DNA of 18,304 nt from Deltaproteobacteria bacterium TL4 (GTDB taxonomy: Bacteria > SAR324 > NAC60-12), in assembly GCA_051382335.1 (NCBI GenBank), contig JBBCAX010000029.1, positions 1-18,304 on the forward strand, read 5' to 3'. The notes beneath the pieces are model-generated. The model was not told the DNA's origin. It ran no database searches and worked only from the letters and a program-made list of their open reading frames with translations. Positions 1 to 7,815 of the stretch are shown one piece after another (position 1 is the stretch's first letter; each line of letters begins with the position of its first letter). Position numbers and translations under genes: made by a program.

Positions 1-2
1 CT

Positions 3-449
3 CTCCCGCCCCCTGTTACCCGAGCAGCACCGGTTCCACCGCCTCCTCAAAAGGCTTCTTCTAACGCGACTATTGCTTCTGTGACCACTGAAGGGAATCC
101 TCCTGTGTTGAATAAAAGTACTTTGACCGAGCGGCTTAAAACGATATTGACTCAACGGTATACCTTGATTTCTTATGACGAAGCTCAACGTATTCAAGAT
201 GCTGCGTTTGAGGAAATTGCACTCAGAGGGTGTGCTGATGAATCCTGTATTAATGAAATTCAGAAGTCTTTTAATGTTGCAAAAGTTTATAGCATCAAGC
301 TGATTGGTAATTTGCAGAGCACTAACATCACCGTGACGATGGTTGGTTTGAACAATACTTTTGAAGAAAAAACGAACTGTAGTAATTGTAATCCTGACTC
401 ACTCAGTCAAAAAATTACGGAGCTTGTGAGTCGTTTGGCAAACAGGTAA
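3..449 (+). CDS. Hypothetical protein, 5'-truncated by the window edge: Pro-rich linker followed by a small Cys-containing domain
   Basis: The frame is open from position 3 (LPPPVTRAAPVPPPPQKASSNATIASVTTEG...), so the GTG at 81 is internal. The C-terminal domain has GCADESC and CSNC motifs, typical of exported disulfide-bonded domains. Confidence 0.7.
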   Translation, partial: LPPPVTRAAPVPPPPQKASSNATIASVTTEGNPPVLNKSTLTERLKTILTQRYTLISYDEAQRIQDAAFEEIALRGCADESCINEIQKSFNVAKVYSIKLIGNLQSTNITVTMVGLNNTFEEKTNCSNCNPDSLSQKITELVSRLANR

Positions 450-566
450 TTCAAAAGTGCGCTGCGCTGAGTGTTCTTTGTAATAAAAAGAGACTATGGA
501 AAAGGTTTTGCATGAGTATGATCGAAGAGACCATCTACCCACTACAACATTGATATTCGAGCCTTT

Positions 567-2609
567 ATGTCCAAGTCTAAACGTGTTACGTCTGAACTCT
601 TAACCAGAGAAGTCGCCTTCTCGGATCCGGATTCGATGGTTAATGATCTGAATCATTACCTGGAGCGAAATATCGAGTATGACGCCGAATATTACGATTA
701 TTTAGGAGATAAGCAACCGAAGGGGACAGAGGAGGATCTTGAAGCGTTAAGAAGAATGTTGGAAAAACATACCGAACGGGTTGCTTCGATGGAGTACTAT
801 GCCTTGGTCCGTGCGCCTTCCAAGGATGAGGCGATCCCAAGGGTCGCTGACGCGATTTTACTCCGCTATGGACTGCTTAAAACGGCTGAATTGATTAAGG
901 AGATTTTAAAATACCAACAAAGCATTGATGATGTCGACAGGCAAGTCTATCTTAAAATTTTTATTCATCGCTGGGTTTTCAGATTCTGTCGACACATCTT
1001 TGACTTGAAGGACCTCCACAAACGGTTGGTTGAAGTTTTTGATAAAGAACAACAAAAGGGAAAAGAGGGGTTTACTGATGTTTTAGAGACGGTTTTGTAT
1101 ATTTCTTCTCCTTCAAACCGTCATGGGGAGGGAAGTGACCCTTATAATTTAAGGCGATTATACGTGGTCTTCAGCAACCTTTTGTATGCTTATTTTAAGG
1201 AAGGTGTTTCTATTCCCCTCAATCTACAGAAGATTTTTATTGAGTTTCAAAAACAGGATTTTCTGGATTACGAAGACTTGAAAGGAGACGCTCCCTTTGT
1301 TAAATCAGAACGCCTCGTCCTTCTTGTTTCTTTCGACTCGCCTAGAGACTTCTTCAAATTGTTCAAGCAAATCGATTCTCCCATGAAAAAAGCGGTCTTT
1401 CTGGGAATGCTGAATCCCGCAGAACGGAAGCGCATTATTGAAGAATTCTGTGCTATGAATGTCAAAGGGATGGCCGATATTTATAATTTTATTTCGAAAA
1501 AGATGACAACCTCAGAAGTCACAGAAGCTCAGGGACGTGACTGGTTAATCAATGTCTACGACACCATTACCACCGTAGCCGAAGAACAAAAAGTTTTAGA
1601 GAATCAAGAAATTCCTGAAGAGATCCGGAAGGTATTTGGGCAACCCATTACTTTCCCAACGCCTGAGTTTCGTAAAAAACCCAAAGGCATTGCCGTTTCA
1701 AAACAAATAGTTGAGGAGGTGAGGCAACAGGTAAAGTTACCACCTAAGCCTTCTAACACCCCCATTCCTGAAGCTGAAGGACCCAAAGTTATTGATATTC
1801 CCAATTTGGTTCCCGCACAAAATCTGGAAGAGTTACGGGATAAGGATAAGTCGAGCGTTAATATCATGATGGTTCAAGATAGTGATGTATTGGACCTGAT
1901 TGTTCAAAATTGGGAAATTCGAGGGAGTCTGACTTTTCCAGAAATTGTTGAGTTCGTCCGCATTCCTTTACAACTCAAAATGGCCAAAGCGCCTGGTGTG
2001 CGTCAAGGGCGTCGTTTTATCTCCTTCGCTTATTTCATCGCAATGGGAATGGAACAGAAAACAGTGGCCGGATTTTTGGAAAAATTGCGTGGAACCAATC
2101 AAATTTCAGAATCACGGATTGGACAACTGGAAAGGATTTTTCCCAGTGCGCAAGAACAACTCGCAGAGCTTACTGACATAAACAAGGATACTCGGAAAAT
2201 GGTGGACTCCTATGACAATATCAATGCGGGAATATTGTTGGAGAAATGCTCCTCACTCAGAACCGTTTTTATGGAGACTTATTCCTATCTTGAAAGTTTG
2301 ATCAGTTATTGGAATCTGATTGAGGAGATTCATTATAGTATTGCGGTGGGTACGGCTATCATGGGAAATATCAAAGATCCAACGGTCAAAGATGTTGAGC
2401 ATTTTGTTCAAAATCGCAATGACGAGTATTTTAATGCCTATGAAAAGGCGCTTTTATTTCCTGAATTTCGCTTGCTAAAGAATTTTATCCGCAAAAAATA
2501 TAATCCAGAACTGCAGAAACATTTTGTGAATGTGAAGATAAAAAATGATTTACTCACTATCGTCAAAACAAAACCAGTCAACGTATCCGCCCGAAATCAA
2601 GAAGCATAA
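567..2609 (+). CDS. Hypothetical protein (680 aa), predicted mostly helical and cytoplasmic, with a central Pro-rich linker
   Basis: Long uninterrupted ORF. No signal peptide, TM segment or catalytic motif that I recognise. Confidence 0.85.
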   Translation: MSKSKRVTSELLTREVAFSDPDSMVNDLNHYLERNIEYDAEYYDYLGDKQPKGTEEDLEALRRMLEKHTERVASMEYYALVRAPSKDEAIPRVADAILLRYGLLKTAELIKEILKYQQSIDDVDRQVYLKIFIHRWVFRFCRHIFDLKDLHKRLVEVFDKEQQKGKEGFTDVLETVLYISSPSNRHGEGSDPYNLRRLYVVFSNLLYAYFKEGVSIPLNLQKIFIEFQKQDFLDYEDLKGDAPFVKSERLVLLVSFDSPRDFFKLFKQIDSPMKKAVFLGMLNPAERKRIIEEFCAMNVKGMADIYNFISKKMTTSEVTEAQGRDWLINVYDTITTVAEEQKVLENQEIPEEIRKVFGQPITFPTPEFRKKPKGIAVSKQIVEEVRQQVKLPPKPSNTPIPEAEGPKVIDIPNLVPAQNLEELRDKDKSSVNIMMVQDSDVLDLIVQNWEIRGSLTFPEIVEFVRIPLQLKMAKAPGVRQGRRFISFAYFIAMGMEQKTVAGFLEKLRGTNQISESRIGQLERIFPSAQEQLAELTDINKDTRKMVDSYDNINAGILLEKCSSLRTVFMETYSYLESLISYWNLIEEIHYSIAVGTAIMGNIKDPTVKDVEHFVQNRNDEYFNAYEKALLFPEFRLLKNFIRKKYNPELQKHFVNVKIKNDLLTIVKTKPVNVSARNQEA

Positions 2610-2641
2610 AAAAAACGGATGAGTTATTTCAAAAGGGTGAT

Positions 2642-3571
2642 TTGATCAGTCCTCTCAAAATTGAACGCTTAACAAAAACTTACGATCAGGTAATGGCTCT
2701 TGAGGACTGCACTTTTGATGTAAGGCCAGGGGAAATTTTTGGGTTATTAGGTCCTAATGGCGCGGGAAAAACCACTTTGATTTCGATGTTAACCTCCTTA
2801 ACGACTCCAACTTCAGGATCCGCTGCCATTTTTGGACACAATATCATGACCGAAAGTCTTCAGGCCAGAAAAAAAGTGGGCTTGGTTCCGCAAGAATTGG
2901 TATCGCATGGCTTTTTTACTATTGATGATATTTTGACCTTTCATTCAGGCTACTATGGCATAAAGAATAACCGAAAACGCATCGATTATCTATTGGAACG
3001 CCTGGCGCTGGACACTCACCGTCATAAAAAGGTGACGCAGTTGAGTGGCGGCATGAAAAGACGGCTCTTGATTGCCAAAGCCCTTGTCCATTGGCCCCCC
3101 TTATTGCTACTTGACGAACCCACCGCCGGGGTTGATGTCGAATTACGGAATACTTTATGGGCATTCGTTCGGGAATTGAATGAAAGTGGAATGGTGATTG
3201 TTTTAACGACTCATTATTTAGCTGAAGCTGAAGCCTTATGTGATCGTATTGGAATTTTGAATCACGGAAAACTGATTGCTCTGGATCAAACCCGGAAAAT
3301 TATTCATGATATCACTTTCCGTACTGTAGAACTCAGACTGAGCCATCCTTGGACTCTTGTTAGTCCTCAACCTGGGATAGAAGTAAACGGGAAACGGATT
3401 ATTGCCCAAATATCTTACAATGAAACCGTTGGCGAATTGGTGAAGCGGTTGAACTTACCTCTTGAGCTCGTGGTTGATATAACAACCGCTGAAGGCAGTC
3501 TCGAAGACGCTTTTCTTTCCCTGGTCAATCAGGATAGGCTTCTGGTTGAAGGGGCAAAGAAGGTTCAGTAA
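2642..3571 (+). CDS. ABC transporter ATP-binding protein (ABC-2/DrrA/YadG-like)
   Basis: Walker A GPNGAGKTT, Q-loop VPQE, signature LSGGMKRR, Walker B LLLLDEPT, H-loop TTHY. Confidence 0.95.
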   Translation: MISPLKIERLTKTYDQVMALEDCTFDVRPGEIFGLLGPNGAGKTTLISMLTSLTTPTSGSAAIFGHNIMTESLQARKKVGLVPQELVSHGFFTIDDILTFHSGYYGIKNNRKRIDYLLERLALDTHRHKKVTQLSGGMKRRLLIAKALVHWPPLLLLDEPTAGVDVELRNTLWAFVRELNESGMVIVLTTHYLAEAEALCDRIGILNHGKLIALDQTRKIIHDITFRTVELRLSHPWTLVSPQPGIEVNGKRIIAQISYNETVGELVKRLNLPLELVVDITTAEGSLEDAFLSLVNQDRLLVEGAKKVQ

Positions 3572-3777
3572 GGAACGCTCAAAAAATAACATAGGAACTT
3601 CTCAGTTTTTTAAGGGAACGGCTGTATAGTTCCACTTTGGTAAAAATTGATCAAAAACGATGTATCCTCTCCAAATCTCAGGGTAGGATCTGAATTTCCC
3701 TGAATTTAGACATACTTCCCCACTCGAGCCCCCAGCGAATAAGTGTAATAAGCTATTGTTGAAAAATTTGGATTTGA

Positions 3778-4398
3778 TTAAGAAGTGTTCAGGAATGAGA
3801 AAGGTGCTGGTAAGAAATTACCAACTCCTTGCTTCATGCTTTTCAGGATATTAAGAGGGAGTTCTTTAACGCCAAGGAAGAACGAAGCTATGGTTTGTCG
3901 CTCATTAAGTGGGTTGATCTTGAGGGGCTGTGACGCCTCTAAGCCCTTAGAGTCCCTTTCATTTTGGGTTTGATCCTCCGCTGTGATGAGAGCTTTTGCT
4001 GTAATCAATTGGGCTAAGGGCCTCATTTGATAACTCCCACTGACCCGCTCATAGAGATAACTAAATCGGGAAACTCCCAGCTTCTTGGCCGTTTCAGTGA
4101 ACGTCATGAAATCATCATTGGCCCGGGTTCCCTTAAGATTGATGGTATGGAGGCTGACATCACGTCGTCTTACCGCCGAACGAGCTCCTAATTCAGCGGA
4201 ATTATTGTGTAACGGGATTTGAGGGGGCTTCAATACCTGTAAGAGCGCTTCAACTCTAGAGTGTGTTTTAGCGATTCTTTGATCTAACTCATGATAGCCT
4301 GTTTGAATGGAAAACAGTTCCTCAAATCGCTCTTGTAGTTGCTGAGCGAGAACTTCAGTCGGTGCTTTTTGGAACTCACGTAACTGGTGGTAATACGG
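3778..4398 (-). pseudogene. C-terminal fragment of an IS66-like transposase
   Basis: The frame is open from 4398 (YYHQLREFQKAPTEVLAQQLQERFEELFSIQTGYHELDQRIAKT...IPLHNNSAELGARSAVRRRDVS...TAKKLGVS..YLYERVSG). The PLHNN-x-x-E-x-x-x-R and TAKKLGV motifs match IS66-type DDE transposase C-termini. There is no start codon, and the 5' end is cut by the 4396-4638 element. Confidence 0.75.
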
Positions 4399-4638
4399 CT
4401 ATAGTCATCGTTTCGCCAATCCAGCAATCAAGCGACTTTCAGGGTATTGCTCCTTTGCTCCTTTTTAATACCGGATTCTCGACTGGAGTGTGTTACACTG
4501 TTTGTTGCTGGGGTTGGATTGGATGACATTGGAATTCCTCATAGAGAAAAGTGGGAAAATTCCTTCCTTTTCTCAAATTCCTTCCTGTTTGTCTATCCTT
4601 GGATTGCCTCCATTTTGGTGAAACGATGACTATGGCCG
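4396..4638. mobile_element. 243-bp MITE / internally deleted IS with 23-bp terminal inverted repeats
   Basis: 4396-4418 (cggctatagtcatcgtttcgcca) and 4616-4638 (tggtgaaacgatgactatggccg) are inverted repeats matching at 21/23. Both flanks read ATA (4393-4395, 4639-4641), a candidate TSD. An internal minus-strand 33-aa ORF (4529-4428) has a GAGG RBS. Confidence 0.8.
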
Positions 4639-4763
4639 ATATAGGTTTATAAGTTGTTCTTGCCAGTCCATTTTGCTCCTTTTAAGTTGGTTAGTGTAAG
4701 ATCAACCATCTTAAAGCATTATGGATTGGTTTTTAAGCTAAAAATTTAACTCCGGATTCGCAT
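4639..4763 (-). mobile_element. Left end of an IS982-family-like element (TIR plus first 11 transposase codons)
   Basis: Minus-strand ATGCGAATCCGGAGTTAA (4763-4746) resembles IS982-family TIRs. An AAGGAG RBS precedes ATG 4671, which encodes MDWQEQLINLY, like N-termini I associate with IS982-family transposases. Assigned from memory. Confidence 0.55.
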
Positions 4764-4764
4764 A

Positions 4765-4867
4765 TATAGTGTTTCAGAAAAGTATTTTGGGCTGGAGCGC
4801 AGTCGTCCCGCCTGCTTTTGCGGGCGGATACCCACGCTCCCAGGAAAGACTTATCTGAAAGTCTATA
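4765..4867 (+). repeat. 103-bp mini-element (copy 1): imperfect TIRs enclosing a REP-like GC-rich palindrome doublet
   Basis: The ends tatagtgtttcagaaaagt and acttatctgaaagtctata are imperfect inverted repeats. The core is ggagcgcagtcgtcccgcctgc-tttt-gcgggcggatacccacgctccc. Homologous to 15239-15341 and 16988-17032. Confidence 0.8.
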
Positions 4868-5222
4868 GTAAGTTGTACTGATTACTATTCCCCATCTGCT
4901 CGTGAAACGTTAACTTTGTTCCAAACAAATTTTTATGGAAAAAGTGGGTTTTCAAATCATTGATTCTGCTAAATCCTTAAGTTCCTGACATTGCGACATG
5001 GTCCGATGTGTCCTTTCCATACAAAAGCGCGGAAGCTAAATGGAAATAAATTGCCCCTGAGTTGAACCAAATCAGCTTTTCTTCATTTGCGATAACATCA
5101 ACAAGACATAAAAATTATTCGACGAATAAATTCGGGTTACCCGGATATTTGGAGAGGATACAAATTTTCCTCCTCCTGATTTCCCGGGACAGTTCTAAAA
5201 ATTGATTACAAAATTAAAGCAC

Positions 5223-5251
5223 TTGACATTTAATGCCGTTGCCCCTAGCTT
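5223..5251 (+). promoter_or_regulatory. Sigma70 promoter for tRNA-Pro
   Basis: TTGACA (5223-5228), 17-bp spacer, TAGCTT (5246-5251), 12 bp upstream of the tRNA. Confidence 0.75.
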
Positions 5252-5263
5252 GTCTGAGTTTTT

Positions 5264-5340
5264 CGGAGCGTAGCGCAGCCTGGTAGCGCACACGCCTGGG
5301 GGGCGTGCGGTCGCTGGTTCAAATCCAGTCGCTCCGACCA
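5264..5340 (+). tRNA. tRNA-Pro (GGG)
   Basis: Acceptor stem CGGAGCG/CGCTCCG, anticodon arm CACGC-CTGGGGG-GCGTG, T-loop GTTCAAATC, encoded CCA end. Confidence 0.97.
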
Positions 5341-5389
5341 TTTCCTTCCTTATTGTCTTCCCCTAACCCGGCATAGCCGGAACCAAAAA

Positions 5390-5512
5390 GGTAAAACCTC
5401 TTCTCAAATTTCACGGATGCTGAAACGTTTACATACCCATGGACTCATTAAAAAGATTGGAAAAACATTTAAATATTACCTGACCAAATTCGGACATTTA
5501 CCAAAAAATTGA
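5390..5512 (+). pseudogene. Remnant encoding a winged-HTH C-terminal fragment (probable mobile-element protein relic)
   Basis: Translates to GKTSSQISRMLKRLHTHGLIKKIGKTFKYYLTKFG, a wHTH recognition helix plus wing pattern (SR.LKRL...GLI......Y.LT..G). No upstream portion is present. Confidence 0.55.
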
Positions 5513-5589
5513 TGTTGACAGAATTTTGTCTCCTGTTCAAAAATCAGGGCAAAACCCCATAAATTTCTATTTTCTCAAGCTCCTTAGAC

Positions 5590-5619
5590 TTGCCAGTGAG
5601 CATAAAACCCTTATATTAG
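5590..5619 (+). promoter_or_regulatory. Candidate sigma70 promoter for the 5663 methyltransferase gene
   Basis: TTGCCA (5590-5595) followed by TATATT (16-bp spacer) or TATTAG (18-bp spacer). An AAGGAG RBS lies at 5650-5655. Confidence 0.4.
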
Positions 5620-5662
5620 GCTTCATTGAAAGACCATCATTTCTTAAGCAAGGAGCCTTCTC

Positions 5663-7732
5663 ATGGATTTTGTGACCTATCAACAGTTAGTAAAATCAAT
5701 CCCCTTTGGAAAAAGACTTCCAGACGCGCTTTATATCCACGAATCCGTGTTAGACCAAACATTTGAGGTCGCTAACCTGGTACAAGCCGCTATCAAAGAG
5801 TTTCGCCTGGAGGATTTTCTATTCAACATCATTAAATTCCATATCAAAGATTACAAAGTTTCACTTCTGGACTATTCTGAATTCTTCGAAGACTCTTATC
5901 CTGTGTTAGAAAGCAGTTGTCTTATTGATTTTATCCGCAAAACCAGCAGAATCACCTCCTATGGCGACTCTAAAAATCCTCCAATTTTACATCGAAAAGA
6001 AACCTTTCTTTTACCCGATCATCCCTCAGTTCCGCTGTTTAGAGAAATAACGGAAGAAGGTGAAAAGGCGGGGTTATATGAAAATCCCAAAACGATTGGA
6101 TTTAAACAATCGTGGGAGCGTCTTATCAAAAGTAAAGGCTACCAACTCCTAAAAGGTCGGCTCGTTAGCGTCTCACCGCTTGAGCCGACAGAAAATCCCA
6201 AAGTCACAAAATTGAGGGATCCCAGAACGCCAATAACCGAAGAAATTGAAGTGGAGCGTCACTTGACAGCGATTAACCGTTATGCGTTATCAACTCCAAT
6301 GCAATCGCTTGCCAACCACAATTATCTGGAGGGAAAGTATTCTGTTTTTGATTTTGGTTGTGGAAAAGGAGATGACCTTCGTGAAATTATGGCCCACGGT
6401 GTTGATGCGACAGGATGGGATCCCGTCTTTCACCAAGAAGGTGTTAAAAAGCAGGCCGATATCGTCAATTTAGGCTTTGTGCTCAATGTTATTGAGGAAC
6501 CTGCGGAGCGAACAGCCTGTTTACAAGAAGCCTTTAGTCTGGCTCGGCGATTTTTGGTAACGTCTGTCATGTTGGGAAGTGCGTCAACGTTAGAAAAGTT
6601 TCGTCCTTATCGAGATGGCGTGATTACCAGCCGGAATACTTTTCAAAAATACTACACACAACAAGAATTTCGCGCTTATTTGGAACAAGTTCTGGATGCG
6701 AAGCCGATCGCTGTCGCTCCGGGCATTTTCTATGTTTTCCGAGATGATCTGGAAGAACAACGTTTTTTATCAGAACGTCAGCGTCAAAAACGTGATTGGA
6801 ACATGCTGGAACGTCGGCAAAAGGTTGGGAAATTTCCTGCTGAAAAGGAATCCTTTTACCAAAAGAACCACGCTTTGCTTTCAGATTTGTGTGAACTGTG
6901 TCTAGACTTGGGGCGTATGCCTCACACTACTGAATTTGAGTTTTCAACTCAGGTAAGTTCTTTATTAGGCTCGATGAACAAAGCCTATGCTTACCTTGAG
7001 GACTATCATGGGAAGGCGTTATTTGAAGAAGCGCGGCAGACGCGGATGAAGGATCTTTTAGTTTATTTTGCCTTAAGTTTATTTGCGCAACGAACCGCGT
7101 ATATCCGTCTGCCCGATGGCTTAAAACGGGATGTAAAAACATTTTTTGGAGATTATAAAGAAGCCTTGGAGCAAGGGAAACGCCTTCTGTTTTCTGTTGG
7201 CAAAACCGAGGTGATTAAAAAAGAGTGTGAGTTTGCGGCCCACGATTTAGGCCTAGGAAAGCTTGAGGAGGGTCATTCCTTACAACTCCACGTCTCCCGT
7301 GTCAATCAACTGCCCCCGGCTTTAAGGGTTTATATCGGTTGTGCCACCCAGCTCTATGGGGATGTTGAGAATGCGGACATGATCAAACTTCACATTCAGT
7401 CAGGAAAAGTCACGCTGCTGCGTTACGACGATTTCATCAATAAAGCGCTGCCAGAATTGCAGCAGCGCATCAAAATCAAACTTCGGGAACAGCAAATCGA
7501 GTTTTTTGACTACGGCGAAAAATTTCCACCCCAGCCTATTTACTTAAAATCTCACTATCTTCCCGTAGATTTTCAAAATTACGAAAAGCAACAATATTTC
7601 GATCAGAAATTATTCAATCTTAATTTGTTTGATTTTAGTGCTTATGGTCCTCCTAAAGCAGATTTTTATCAACAACTCCAGGCTCACGGAGTTAAAGTCC
7701 GGGGATTCCAATTGATCAAGACGGAGAGCTAA
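5663..7732 (+). CDS. DNA phosphorothioation-associated putative methyltransferase (TIGR04096-like)
   Basis: Family-typical ERHLTAI.R..LS.P motif, SAM-binding FDFGCGKGDD, GWDP, NLGFVLNVIE, DGVITSRNTFQKYY and APGIFYVFRD. Strong RBS. Confidence 0.88.
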   Translation: MDFVTYQQLVKSIPFGKRLPDALYIHESVLDQTFEVANLVQAAIKEFRLEDFLFNIIKFHIKDYKVSLLDYSEFFEDSYPVLESSCLIDFIRKTSRITSYGDSKNPPILHRKETFLLPDHPSVPLFREITEEGEKAGLYENPKTIGFKQSWERLIKSKGYQLLKGRLVSVSPLEPTENPKVTKLRDPRTPITEEIEVERHLTAINRYALSTPMQSLANHNYLEGKYSVFDFGCGKGDDLREIMAHGVDATGWDPVFHQEGVKKQADIVNLGFVLNVIEEPAERTACLQEAFSLARRFLVTSVMLGSASTLEKFRPYRDGVITSRNTFQKYYTQQEFRAYLEQVLDAKPIAVAPGIFYVFRDDLEEQRFLSERQRQKRDWNMLERRQKVGKFPAEKESFYQKNHALLSDLCELCLDLGRMPHTTEFEFSTQVSSLLGSMNKAYAYLEDYHGKALFEEARQTRMKDLLVYFALSLFAQRTAYIRLPDGLKRDVKTFFGDYKEALEQGKRLLFSVGKTEVIKKECEFAAHDLGLGKLEEGHSLQLHVSRVNQLPPALRVYIGCATQLYGDVENADMIKLHIQSGKVTLLRYDDFINKALPELQQRIKIKLREQQIEFFDYGEKFPPQPIYLKSHYLPVDFQNYEKQQYFDQKLFNLNLFDFSAYGPPKADFYQQLQAHGVKVRGFQLIKTES

Positions 7733-7815
7733 GGCGCAAGACTTAAAGAACTTCCCCTTTTAACGCAAAGGATGTAGAGGGCACAGAGAAACGCAATCGG
7801 GTTCGTTGGAGTTGT

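Noticed and set aside
640..3164. Short antisense or alternate-frame ORFs inside the 680-aa and ABC genes (also those within 5663-9162, 10126-10917, 12810-16978 and 17161-18051)
   Set aside because: They are nested in well-supported longer genes and have no motifs.
3598..3650. Possible IS/MITE terminus around ggaacggctgtatag
   Set aside because: No matching partner end was found in the window.
4447..4629. 60-aa + strand ORF
   Set aside because: It lies wholly within the MITE, has a TTG start with no RBS, and has no recognisable content.
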